Shown here piece after piece: positions 35,272 to 44,731 of a stretch of 64,000 nucleotides of DNA. This DNA comes from an uncultured virus (IMG/VR IMGVR_UViG_3300017917_005385). Its lineage: Duplodnaviria > Heunggongvirae > Uroviricota > Caudoviricetes. A program made the translations under genes and the position numbers. The stretch lies in IMG/VR virus record IMGVR_UViG_3300017917_005385; one strand, written 5' to 3'. Under the pieces are notes generated by a model, which did not search any database, had not been told where the DNA came from, and worked only from the letters and a program-made list of their open reading frames with translations. The stretch's first letter is position 1. Each line of letters starts with the position of its first letter.

Positions 35272-35341
35272 GCCGTGGCTTAGTGGAAAAGAGCCTACTC
35301 TCATAAGGTGGGTTAAGTGAGTTCGAACCTCATACACGGTA
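35272..35341 (+). tRNA. tRNA-Met(CAT), divergent
   Basis: ctCATaa loop; weak stems; shortened acceptor-D junction. Confidence 0.55.
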
Positions 35342-35346
35342 CAAAT

Positions 35347-35427
35347 GTCAGAATGGTGGAATGGTATACACACTGGTCTCAAAAGCCAGCGCCTAACGGT
35401 ATGAGAGTTCAATTCTCTCTTCTGATA
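35347..35427 (+). tRNA. tRNA-Leu(CAA)
   Basis: ctggt-ctCAAaa-gccag; variable arm. Confidence 0.87.
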
Positions 35428-35449
35428 CTCGATAAAAAAACCAATAGAA

Positions 35450-35662
35450 ATGGAAAAGAATGAAATTAAAAAAGCATTGTACAAACAAAACCCAAAAGCC
35501 GAGTTTAAGTTTATCAGAAAAGGTGTAGCTTATTACTTAGCAATTATCGAATTTGAAAGTGAACCAGTTGAAATTAGATTTGAGGTTCCTGTTTCAGATA
35601 TGGGTGATGCTGACTTTGAATACATGATGGATTCAAAGTATTTAATTAGATGGATATCTTAA
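35450..35662 (+). CDS. hypothetical protein
   Basis: 70 aa ORF after the tRNA array. Confidence 0.6.
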   Translation: MEKNEIKKALYKQNPKAEFKFIRKGVAYYLAIIEFESEPVEIRFEVPVSDMGDADFEYMMDSKYLIRWIS

Positions 35663-36231
35663 TTAGGAGTATAATCATCATATTGGTCCAAGAACTTAAA
35701 ATCTTCTTTTTTAAGTTTCATTCCTGAGAACTTATTCAGGAAATTTACAAATGATTCTAGAGAGTCATCTACTAAACCAAATACGGTATTACTTGGATCA
35801 AATTTAGAGTGGTAGGATGTATATTCTACCACTTTTATTTTATCTGGTGATTCAATTGTAAATTCACAAGCCATAAATTCACCATATGTTATATCAATAT
35901 CTAATATTATTTTATTATCAACTTTAGCAAAGTGTATATCAAATTCTAAAGTATCAGGTTCACCCCAAATCTCTCCTTGCTCTTCACTATCTAAAGGTGT
36001 TGACGCATATGTTATCTGAACCATGTCAGAGTGTAGCATTATATTATCTCTTTTGAATTTAAATAGTTTGCCACCATTATTTATTGTTAAGTACTCAGGC
36101 AATTCATTTTCCCACTTCTTATCATATATAGTTCTATTATGGTTGGTTTTAACTTTGATATTTGGCTTAATAGTACCATCAGAAGCAATTCTAGCTTCTA
36201 TATCTTCGTTAAATCTTTTTAAGTATTTCAT
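35659..36231 (-). CDS. hypothetical protein (MKYLKRFNE N-terminus)
   Basis: ORF with AATATATA upstream. Confidence 0.65.
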   Translation of the reverse strand: MKYLKRFNEDIEARIASDGTIKPNIKVKTNHNRTIYDKKWENELPEYLTINNGGKLFKFKRDNIMLHSDMVQITYASTPLDSEEQGEIWGEPDTLEFDIHFAKVDNKIILDIDITYGEFMACEFTIESPDKIKVVEYTSYHSKFDPSNTVFGLVDDSLESFVNFLNKFSGMKLKKEDFKFLDQYDDYTPN

Positions 36232-36291
36232 AATGTATATATTTGTTTTTTCAAATCTTTTTAGTTAGATTTGTAATCTAAAAAAAATTAT

Positions 36292-36429
36292 ATGCTAGGA
36301 GTCTGTACTAGATTAGAAGAAAAAACAGGAATTGATAAGTTTTGGTTTAGATTATTGTTTGTTATCTGGTTCTTTAATACTGGATTTGCATTGCTTTGGT
36401 ATTTTATTATATCATTGATAATCGACTAA
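36292..36429 (+). CDS. PspC-domain small membrane protein (45 aa, not in the ORF track)
   Basis: MLGVCTRLEEKTGIDKFWFRLLFVI fits the PspC GVCxGLA..GID...VRL pattern. Confidence 0.6.
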   Translation: MLGVCTRLEEKTGIDKFWFRLLFVIWFFNTGFALLWYFIISLIID

Positions 36430-36472
36430 AATAAAATTTTGAAATTAATCACATTTTTATTAAATTTGTAAA

Positions 36473-37936
36473 ATGAAAAATATAGTAACAAGAATTGCAC
36501 CTTCTCCAACTGGACCGTTTGCACATATTGGTAATGTGAGAACTCTATTGTATAACTACTTTCTTGCTAAAAAGAATGGTGGTAAATTCTATGTTCGTTT
36601 GGAAGATACCGATCGTGATAGATATAATGCCTCGTTTTTAACATACTTTAAAGATATGTGTGATTGGCTTGGTATAGTACCTGATGGTTCTTATTGGAAC
36701 CCTGATCCATCTATTGGCTCATTCACTCAATCAACAAGAGATTATTCAGATAAGGTTAAATTCCTTTTAGATAAAGGTTTGGCTTACTATGCCTTTGATA
36801 CTAAGGATGATTTAGACGCACTAAAGGCTAAAGGTCTAAAGTATGACTCAACAACTCGCATGTCTATGAATAACTCATTGACTAATCCATCCACTGATAT
36901 TATGTTACAAAGTGGTGTTCCTTATGTAATTAGATTTGCTGTTCCAGCTGACTTAGATGTAACTTTCACTGATGCTATTTTAGGTGATATCACAATCAAC
37001 ACAAATACTTTAGATGATAAAGTTTTAATTAAGTCAAATGGAATTGGCTCATATCATCTTTGTAATGTTTGTGACGATCATGATATGGGTGTTACTCACG
37101 TTCTTAGAGGTAACGAGTGGGTAAACTCTACTCCTTTCCACGTTATTCTTTATAAGGCTTTTGGTTGGGATGTTCCTACATTTGCTCACTTACCTTTAAT
37201 TATGAATCCAGATGGTAAAGGTAAGTTGTCTAAGAGAACTGCTATGAAGTATGGTATTCCTATCGCACCACTTGGTTACACAGATGATAATGGTGTTTAT
37301 ACACCAGGTTGGAAAGACTTAGGATATGATCCTAAAGCATTTATGAACTATCTTGCTTTAATTGGTTGGAATCCAGGAGCTGAAGTAGAAATTATGTCTA
37401 TGGATGATATGATTAATTTATTCTCTTTAGATAGAGTTCACAAGTCTGGTGCTCGTTTCGATATGGATAAAGCTAAGTGGATGAACTCTCAATATCTTAA
37501 ATTAACAGATAACAAAGACTTGATGCCTTATGTTGATGTAGTTGACGATAGATATTCTGATGATAAATTAGACATGATTGTCTCTTTGGCTAAAGATAGA
37601 TCTGACTTTAAAACTGACTTGAATAAAATTGTTAAATTATTCTTTGATGTCCCTTCTATCGATGATAGAAGTAAATTAGATGATAACTATACAAAAGTTA
37701 TGTCAGACTTTATCAACAAAATTGATACAATTAACTTTGATGATACAAACTCAATCAAAGACACTATCTCATCAATCTGTAATGATTTAGGTGTTAAGAT
37801 GGGTAAAGTAATGCCTGGTTTAAGAATGGCTTTGGTATCCGGGATTGCTGGACCAGACTTAATGACAACAATGTCAATTCTAGGTAAAGACCAAACAAAA
37901 TTGAGAATTAATAACTCAATTACGGTAATGGCTTAA
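36473..37936 (+). CDS. gltX: glutamate--tRNA ligase
   Basis: RIAPSPTG, HIGN, RLEDTD, THVLRG.EW, KLSKR, anticodon-binding domain. Confidence 0.95.
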   Translation: MKNIVTRIAPSPTGPFAHIGNVRTLLYNYFLAKKNGGKFYVRLEDTDRDRYNASFLTYFKDMCDWLGIVPDGSYWNPDPSIGSFTQSTRDYSDKVKFLLDKGLAYYAFDTKDDLDALKAKGLKYDSTTRMSMNNSLTNPSTDIMLQSGVPYVIRFAVPADLDVTFTDAILGDITINTNTLDDKVLIKSNGIGSYHLCNVCDDHDMGVTHVLRGNEWVNSTPFHVILYKAFGWDVPTFAHLPLIMNPDGKGKLSKRTAMKYGIPIAPLGYTDDNGVYTPGWKDLGYDPKAFMNYLALIGWNPGAEVEIMSMDDMINLFSLDRVHKSGARFDMDKAKWMNSQYLKLTDNKDLMPYVDVVDDRYSDDKLDMIVSLAKDRSDFKTDLNKIVKLFFDVPSIDDRSKLDDNYTKVMSDFINKIDTINFDDTNSIKDTISSICNDLGVKMGKVMPGLRMALVSGIAGPDLMTTMSILGKDQTKLRINNSITVMA

Positions 37937-37970
37937 AAGAAAAAACCTCTGAGAAATCAGAGGTTTTTTC

Positions 37971-40250
37971 TTATTCAAATAACGGGAATCTTGGTAGATA
38001 AAGTCTTGTTGTGGCATTATCAGCAAAGACAAGATATTTAGAATCATCTCTAATAATATATTGATTAAGTATTTTATTATGTTGATCTTCTGGTATAACT
38101 TCAGTAAACATTCTAATGTTAGTAACAGACATATCAGATGCTAATATCTCACATGTGTTATTCTCAATTTGATAATTAACTGGAGTTATCACTTGAGAAC
38201 CACTATAAACTTTTCTAAGTATAGTATTTGTTAAATTTGCAGCATCGTCTTCATCTTCAACATTTCTCTTATAGATATAGTAATCCATCTTTCTTTGTCT
38301 TTGTTCTATATTAATAACTAAACAATACCAAGTATCTTCAAATAAAGCTATATTTTGATCAGATGGATATCCTAATAAATCATAATTATAAACATCTGAA
38401 TTAAGAGTAATACTTAAAGCGTCATTACTTAAATTAGCCTTCCACCCTAACATATTTACATTATCATAATAGTTTATAAAGTTATAAACTTCATCTGTTA
38501 TATAATTATTAATTCTAAACCAAATTTGATATCCTATATTATCAGAAACACTTAATACCGGATCTAAATTTTGATATTTAACTGCTACTTCTTGATAATT
38601 AATAGAAGATAAATCATAATTTGATTTAGATATAATTGTTGATGAGTTTTCAATTAATTCTTTATCAATAGATGCTTTATATTCTAATCTAATTGGATCT
38701 CTAGTTAAAGGTGTTAATTGTTGTTTATTAGCAATTGCTGCCTTATCTTGATTATTTTCAACTCCAAATAACTCATCAATTGTTGAGTTCTTAGTGAGTT
38801 GCTGTAACTTATCTTTAATTTCTTGAGTTCCAGCTTTGACATTTGCTTTCTGAGTGTATTTTTTCAGAACTAATTTATAGTAAACAGCTGAATTATTAAA
38901 GTTTCTAAATTGCTGAGCATGGTCAACTTGAAACATTCTATTAATATCACAGAAATATAAGAAGTCTTCCTTAGAAGGTCTTCTTTGTGGTCCAAATATT
39001 TCCTTAAACTGTTTCTTAGTAATATGAACTGTCATAGATTCAAATAGACTTAAATCAAATTGATTCATTACTATTTGAGAATCTGGAAAATTATTACCAT
39101 CAACACCAACCTTTATATTACCCTCACAAACAACATTATATAATTGATATTCATGCATTGTATGGTCTTGACCTCTCTTATCAGGATCTGTACAAAAGTA
39201 TATAACTCTATGTCCAAATACTTGTTCAGCATCAGCACTTAATTTATTTAATAAATCCATTGCTGTATTTTGCTTATATGGATTAAATAAATTTGCTTTG
39301 TCTTGAGATGACATTTGAGGTAGAGTTGAACCTGAACCTGTTGTATCACAAGCACCACCAGAATTTGATATACCGCCATTATTTCCTGTACCCGAACCGT
39401 TTGTATTGTCCGCTGGTACATAATTACCACTAGCATCAATATATCCTGTTAAATTAGATTGACAACATTCTCTAATACCATATAGATTTGTTTTGAAGTA
39501 ATCTTTGCTAACATTTTGAAAATCGCCAATCAAGTTAATATCTTGAATAGATTTATTTACATTTGAATTATTTGTTATTGAATATTCAATTTGAAAGAAT
39601 CTAATTGGATTTATTCTAACAGTTGTAATATTTTCTTTAGTAAAAGGTTCCCATTCCGACCAAGATCTGCTATTGTCTTGTGATATTCTATATTTTATAT
39701 CTAAGCCGGTTAAATTTGAAGATGATATTATTTCAATATCAGATACACCAAAAACTTTATAGATAAAAGGTGCTGACCAAATTACATTTTCTCCAGGTTT
39801 TATATTTATAGTACTAAAACCATCACCCGCTGTTTCAACTAAATTTCTTTCTAATTTACCATCAATTGAGTATTCTAAAATTCTTATTGTTCCTACAGAA
39901 GATTGTCCAGCTCTAACCCACTTAATATCTAAGTAAAGAGGATCTTTTGAATCAACAACTGGAAAATTATCAATTACTCTTTTTAAATCTAACCATTGTG
40001 TCCAATTTTGACCATCTCTTGATATTCTATAATAGTTTCTTAAAAATCTAGTATCTGTTAAACCTAAAGTATCATATTTAAAGTTGGTAATTTCTTTAAC
40101 ATTTTGTAAATTTACAAAACTTATAATATATTCTGAACCGATTGAATTAAAATAAGGAGTAGCATCTGATGATCCAACTGCCGCATTAATATCGAATTTA
40201 TCAGATATACTGATACTACCATTTTCTAAACTTGAAACTATTTGTTGCAT
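37971..40250 (-). CDS. probable virion structural protein (central neck-protein-like region, C-terminal beta-sandwich)
   Basis: 759 aa; central D...EY..Y...F..FG...RP...DFLYF pattern recalls myovirus neck proteins; AATATATA upstream. Confidence 0.5.
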   Translation of the reverse strand: MQQIVSSLENGSISISDKFDINAAVGSSDATPYFNSIGSEYIISFVNLQNVKEITNFKYDTLGLTDTRFLRNYYRISRDGQNWTQWLDLKRVIDNFPVVDSKDPLYLDIKWVRAGQSSVGTIRILEYSIDGKLERNLVETAGDGFSTINIKPGENVIWSAPFIYKVFGVSDIEIISSSNLTGLDIKYRISQDNSRSWSEWEPFTKENITTVRINPIRFFQIEYSITNNSNVNKSIQDINLIGDFQNVSKDYFKTNLYGIRECCQSNLTGYIDASGNYVPADNTNGSGTGNNGGISNSGGACDTTGSGSTLPQMSSQDKANLFNPYKQNTAMDLLNKLSADAEQVFGHRVIYFCTDPDKRGQDHTMHEYQLYNVVCEGNIKVGVDGNNFPDSQIVMNQFDLSLFESMTVHITKKQFKEIFGPQRRPSKEDFLYFCDINRMFQVDHAQQFRNFNNSAVYYKLVLKKYTQKANVKAGTQEIKDKLQQLTKNSTIDELFGVENNQDKAAIANKQQLTPLTRDPIRLEYKASIDKELIENSSTIISKSNYDLSSINYQEVAVKYQNLDPVLSVSDNIGYQIWFRINNYITDEVYNFINYYDNVNMLGWKANLSNDALSITLNSDVYNYDLLGYPSDQNIALFEDTWYCLVINIEQRQRKMDYYIYKRNVEDEDDAANLTNTILRKVYSGSQVITPVNYQIENNTCEILASDMSVTNIRMFTEVIPEDQHNKILNQYIIRDDSKYLVFADNATTRLYLPRFPLFE

Positions 40251-40366
40251 GACTTATATATTAAAAAAGTAATCACACAATATTATTTAAAATAATTCTT
40301 AATAAAATTTGGCAATTGTTAATAAGTATTGTATATTTGTAATAATAAGTCTAAATATAAATAAAG

Positions 40367-41566
40367 ATGAATATAAAAGAGAAGTTTCTTGAATTAACAA
40401 GCAGAACATATCCTCACGGAACTGAAGAGGATGTTTTTCCTTTGTTAAACTCAGAACTACAAAAAGATGAATTTGGAAATCTATTCATTAAAATAGGTGA
40501 AAGTGACGCTATGTTTACCTCTCACTTAGATACAGCAACCTCAGCTCTTACTGAAGTTAAACATGTATTTGATGGAAATCTAATTAAGACAGACGGTAAA
40601 TCAATTCTTGGCGCAGACGATAAAGCAGGTGTTACCATTATGCTTTATATGATTGAAAACAAAATACCAGGACTTTACTACTTTTTCTTAGGTGAAGAGG
40701 TTGGTTGTATTGGTTCTAGAAAGGTAGCAAATAAATTAAAAACAGAAAAGATTGAAGGTATCAACAAAGTAATTTCATTTGACCGTAGAGGTACTGATTC
40801 AGTTATTACTTTTCAATCTGGTCAAAGATGTTGCTCAGAAAAGTTTGGTGAAGAACTTTCAAAACAACTAAACTTAGCAGAAGATACATTTTCATACAAA
40901 AACGACCCAACTGGTATTTTAACAGACTCTGTTCAATTTATTAGTATTTATCCAGAGTGTACCAATATCTCTGTTGGTTATCGTTCAGAACACACATTTT
41001 CTGAAGTTCAAAATATTGAACACTTAGAAAAGTTAGCAGAGGCTTGTTTGAAAGTTGATTGGAATTCATTACCTGTTGATAGAGATCCTTCTAAAACTGA
41101 GTACAAATCTTACGGAAGATACGGGTACGATTGGGATGATTATGACTATGGTTATAGTGGGTATGGAAGAAACTTATCTGCTTGGTCTAAACCATCAGAA
41201 CCAAAGACTGAAAAAGTTTGGTTCCATGATAAAAAATACAACTATGTTTCTAACGTAGAAATTGATAGTTTAACTAAAAAAGTTGTATCTGTTGATCTTT
41301 GTAAAGAACGTGTTAACTATGAAGAGGTTATAATTAGTGATTTGTTAAATTCTCTTGAACTTGACTATACTGGATTTCAATGGGATGGTTTCAAATTAAA
41401 AGTTTATTACAAACAAGAACATTCAACTGAATGTAACAGAAATGACTTGATTGAATATCTTCCAGAACTAGACTACTCTAAAGGTGACGACTTAGATGAA
41501 AGTAATTTTTTTGACAGTGATAACCTAAATGATGTAAGTGGATACTGTAGTGATTTATACGACTAA
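40367..41566 (+). CDS. M28/M20-like zinc peptidase
   Basis: SHLDT, LGADDKAG, GEEVG, SFDR, EHT. Confidence 0.85.
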   Translation: MNIKEKFLELTSRTYPHGTEEDVFPLLNSELQKDEFGNLFIKIGESDAMFTSHLDTATSALTEVKHVFDGNLIKTDGKSILGADDKAGVTIMLYMIENKIPGLYYFFLGEEVGCIGSRKVANKLKTEKIEGINKVISFDRRGTDSVITFQSGQRCCSEKFGEELSKQLNLAEDTFSYKNDPTGILTDSVQFISIYPECTNISVGYRSEHTFSEVQNIEHLEKLAEACLKVDWNSLPVDRDPSKTEYKSYGRYGYDWDDYDYGYSGYGRNLSAWSKPSEPKTEKVWFHDKKYNYVSNVEIDSLTKKVVSVDLCKERVNYEEVIISDLLNSLELDYTGFQWDGFKLKVYYKQEHSTECNRNDLIEYLPELDYSKGDDLDESNFFDSDNLNDVSGYCSDLYD

Positions 41567-41742
41567 TAAAAAAAGAGCCTTAATGGCTCTTTTTTTATAT
41601 TTTTTTATTATATTTGTAATATGATTTACTTTAAGAAAAGAAGACTGATGAAAAAGATTTTTTCAGAATTCAATAAAGCGGTTTCTGAAAAAAATTACAT
41701 CAAGAGTGAAATCTTAGGTAAAAGATATTTAAAATTATCAAA

Positions 41743-42195
41743 ATGAAAACATTAGCAATATACGCCGGTTCTTTTAATCCTTTTCACATCGGACATCTTA
41801 ACATTGTTGAGAAAGCAGAAAAGGTATTTGGTAAAGGCAATGTTTTAATTGCTATTGGTGTTAACCCTGAAAAATCAAAGTCAGAAAACTTACTTTTAAG
41901 AGCATCTGAGATAAATTCTAAAACAGGTAGACCTGTTGAGGTTTATACAACTTTCTTACATGAGTTAGTTGAGAAAAAAGAATCAGAAGGTTATAAAGTC
42001 GTTTTAGTTCGTGGTCTTAGAAATGGTGACGACTTAGCTTACGAAGATAACCAATTGAAATTCATCAATGATTTCAAAAAAGATATTGATGTTGTTTTCT
42101 TCCGTTGTGATGAACAATTTGCACATATCAGTTCATCTGCTATTAGAAACTTACAATCTTTCAGATCAGGTTCTGGTGATAAATACTGCATATAA
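41743..42195 (+). CDS. coaD: phosphopantetheine adenylyltransferase-like (HxGH nucleotidyltransferase)
   Basis: YAGSFNPFHIGH, VRGLR..DD..YE, ISSSAIR. Confidence 0.8.
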   Translation: MKTLAIYAGSFNPFHIGHLNIVEKAEKVFGKGNVLIAIGVNPEKSKSENLLLRASEINSKTGRPVEVYTTFLHELVEKKESEGYKVVLVRGLRNGDDLAYEDNQLKFINDFKKDIDVVFFRCDEQFAHISSSAIRNLQSFRSGSGDKYCI

Positions 42196-42348
42196 TGGAT
42201 ATAAATAAAATGAAAATATCCGAACTTGTTAAACAATTAGAAGTTGTTGCAAAAGCATATGGTTTAAAATTAAACCGTTTAAAGGATTTTAATTTTGCAA
42301 AGACTGTTCTTGTTAATTTATATACAAAAGAATTATCTTGTGAGTTCT

Positions 42349-42621
42349 ATGAGTTTGAGAACGACTGATGGTTGGTTAGTACCAGATGAATATGTAGATG
42401 TTATTTTAGAATATCTTAAAAATAATGGTGCATTAAATCCAAACATAACAAGTGTTATGGAAGCGACTAAACATGATCCTCAACTAAAAACACATGAAAA
42501 TGTATTTCTTATCGAATATACATCAGCCAATACAACAGATTTACAAAATATTAATATAAGTATTAAATATATTAAATCTGTTATCAGAGATAGAAAAATA
42601 AACAAAATAATAAATGAATAG
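42349..42621 (+). CDS. hypothetical protein with C-terminal RDRKINKII motif
   Basis: ORF; first ATG at 42349. Confidence 0.55.
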   Translation: MSLRTTDGWLVPDEYVDVILEYLKNNGALNPNITSVMEATKHDPQLKTHENVFLIEYTSANTTDLQNINISIKYIKSVIRDRKINKIINE

Positions 42622-43042
42622 AGAAGTTGAAATATTAAAAATAGGAACTATTCTACCATCTACAATATCAAGAGATAAAAAAGAAGGTAAAAGTACCATT
42701 ATGATTGTTTTCAATGGAGGTCCTGTTTTTGACTATTATATCGATATTCTAAAAGAAAAATGTGGAGATGAATACAAGTATCTAAAAACAGATAAGGCAA
42801 TTGTTGGTTCAATAAATAATGCTCCTAGATTTGCTAAATCAGATAAAATATCGAATACTCTAAAAGGAATTCAGAATGGTGATCCAGTTGTAGGTCAATC
42901 TTATGGTATAGGTAATTGGTACACATCAACTGTTATTAGAATAATAGATGAAAATATTTTAATTACAAGAAACTCTGTTTATGCTATTCATGATGTTTCT
43001 AAATTAAGAGAAAAAAGATTAAATGATTTAGGTATAAACTAA
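42614..43042 (+). CDS. hypothetical protein with C-terminal REKRLNDLGI motif
   Basis: ORF. Confidence 0.65.
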   Translation: MNREVEILKIGTILPSTISRDKKEGKSTIMIVFNGGPVFDYYIDILKEKCGDEYKYLKTDKAIVGSINNAPRFAKSDKISNTLKGIQNGDPVVGQSYGIGNWYTSTVIRIIDENILITRNSVYAIHDVSKLREKRLNDLGIN

Positions 43043-43104
43043 AATTCAATTAATTATATAATAAGTGGTAATATTACCAAAATTAAAAATAAACAAGAAT
43101 AAAA

Positions 43105-43296
43105 ATGAAAACAGGAACGGTAAAGTTCTACAATGAGGCTAAAGGATTTGGTTTCATCACAGACGAAAACGGAACAGACGTGTTTGTACACGCAACAGGA
43201 TTAAACGATGAAATTAGAGAAAATGACTCAGTTAGCTTTGAAGTAACAGAAGGTAAAAAAGGATTAAATGCTGTTAACGTAACAGTTAACGCTTAA
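43105..43296 (+). CDS. cold-shock protein
   Basis: GTVKFYN..KGFGFI, DVFVH, KGLNAVNV. Confidence 0.95.
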   Translation: MKTGTVKFYNEAKGFGFITDENGTDVFVHATGLNDEIRENDSVSFEVTEGKKGLNAVNVTVNA

Positions 43297-43372
43297 TTAT
43301 ATTTAACTAGTGAAATTAAAACCCTTAGATTTATCTGAGGGTTTTTTGTTTATAGAAATTAATATATAACAT

Positions 43373-43750
43373 ATGAAATATTTAAAATCAATAAATGAAG
43401 AATTTGACAGAGTTGTTGGATTCAGATACTCAGATCCAAAAGAAGCATATAAGATTACGGCTTTATGTATGGGTGAAGATATAACTAATGATAAAGTAGA
43501 GAAGGCTTTAGGTAAAGTTAGTAATCTAAAATTCAAACCTGAAACTATTAATGTTAAAAATAGTGAAGAGGAAACATTAATTGAAACACCTAATGGTGTT
43601 GTTAGTATTGATGCTTTTGTTAACTTTGATATAGTAGTATATACAGATAGAGAGATAAGATCTATCATTGAAGAGTTAGGTGAAATACTATCTTCAGCAT
43701 TTGATATAGAAATATTAAACTTTAGAGTTAAAAAAGATTTTGGTATTTAA
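43373..43750 (+). CDS. hypothetical protein (MKYLKSINEEF N-terminus)
   Basis: AATATATA upstream. Confidence 0.65.
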   Translation: MKYLKSINEEFDRVVGFRYSDPKEAYKITALCMGEDITNDKVEKALGKVSNLKFKPETINVKNSEEETLIETPNGVVSIDAFVNFDIVVYTDREIRSIIEELGEILSSAFDIEILNFRVKKDFGI

Positions 43751-43885
43751 AATAATATTATTATCTTTGTACTCACAGAAGAAAAATAAATAAAAAATAA
43801 AAAAATATTTGACAAATTAAAACTTTGTTGTATATTTGTATAAAATAAGAACAAAAGGAACAAAAACTTTTTAATATATACTGAA

Positions 43886-43984
43886 ATGAAAAACTTAAAC
43901 TTAAATATTGTTAACCCGCAACCACAAGTTGTAATCGATCAGGATCCTGGTTCGAAAGGGGCTAACTATGTGGTTTTAAGTTAA
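43886..43984 (+). CDS. leader peptide 6 (Pro/Gln/Asp): MKNLNLNIVNPQPQVVIDQDPGSKGANYVVLS
   Basis: PQPQ...DQDP; followed by a terminator, Pro/Asp tRNAs and then the Gln tRNAs. Confidence 0.82.
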   Translation: MKNLNLNIVNPQPQVVIDQDPGSKGANYVVLS

Positions 43985-44005
43985 ACAAGATATTAACTAT
44001 GAAAC

Positions 44006-44045
44006 AAACCCAGTTAGTCGAAAGATTAACTGGGTTTTTTGTTTT
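44006..44045 (+). terminator. attenuator terminator 6
   Basis: AAACCCAGTTAGTC-gaaa-GATTAACTGGGTTT plus U tract; leader GGCTAACT (43960-43967) pairs with AGTTAGTC. Confidence 0.9.
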
Positions 44046-44052
44046 AACATAA

Positions 44053-44126
44053 CGGGAAGTGACTAAGGTTTTAAGCACGGGTGTTCTGGAGACATCAGTT
44101 AGTCGGTTCGATTCCGACCTTCCCGA
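44053..44126 (+). tRNA. tRNA-Pro(TGG), divergent
   Basis: cgggaag/cttcccg; ggtgt-tcTGGag-acatc. Confidence 0.7.
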
Positions 44127-44133
44127 CAAAAAT

Positions 44134-44205
44134 GGTCTAGTGGTGAAGTGGCTATCATATCTGCCTGTCACGCAGAAGTAGAGGGATCGAAACCCTTCTA
44201 GACCG
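44134..44205 (+). tRNA. tRNA-Asp(GTC)
   Basis: tctgc-ctGTCac-gcaga; G73. Confidence 0.88.
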
Positions 44206-44267
44206 CACGAAGTATAATTGGATAGAAACGTACTCTTTAGGGAATAGAGTAAAATAATTCTCAAAAT

Positions 44268-44340
44268 GGTCTCGTGGTTGAATGGTTACAATACCACCCT
44301 GTCACGGTGCGAGGTGCGGGTTCGAGTCCCGTCGAGACCG
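44268..44340 (+). tRNA. tRNA-Asp(GTC)
   Basis: cacc-ctGTCac-ggtg; G73. Confidence 0.88.
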
Positions 44341-44345
44341 CAAAA

Positions 44346-44435
44346 GGATTTATAGCTTAACTAGACGAAAATCGTCGCTGGTAGAGTAGCCCCGGTGCGT
44401 GGGGGAAGGTCTTGGTTCGAGTCCAGGTAGGTCCG
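44346..44435 (+). tRNA. atypical tRNA (G73, D-loop hairpin, irregular anticodon loop)
   Basis: ggattta/taggtcc; gacg-aaaat-cgtc insert; canonical T arm. Confidence 0.5.
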
Positions 44436-44440
44436 CAAAA

Positions 44441-44514
44441 GGTTCGTTAGTAGAGTTGGTTACAATATCGCACTGTCACTGCGAAGGTCACGGGTTCGAA
44501 TCCCGTACGAACCG
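44441..44514 (+). tRNA. tRNA-Asp(GTC)
   Basis: tcgca-ctGTCac-tgcga; G73. Confidence 0.9.
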
Positions 44515-44519
44515 CAAAA

Positions 44520-44591
44520 GGTCTTGTCGTCCAATGGTAGGATAGCCCGTTGTCTGCGGGATGGTTGCGGGTTCGAATCCCGTCAGGACCG
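44520..44591 (+). tRNA. tRNA-Asp(GTC)
   Basis: cccg-ttGTCtg-cggg; G73. Confidence 0.82.
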
Positions 44592-44600
44592 CTAAAATTA

Positions 44601-44677
44601 CGAGATGTTGGGGAGCCCGGTCACCCCGCCTGCTTTGGGAGCAGGAGAACTCGCAGGTTCGAATCCTGCCATCTCGA
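44601..44677 (+). tRNA. tRNA-Pro(TGG)
   Basis: cctgc-ttTGGga-gcagg. Confidence 0.9.
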
Positions 44678-44731
44678 CTACTCAAAGATAGGGAGTCCGA
44701 CATTTTTAATATATAAAATAAAAAATGTCGG

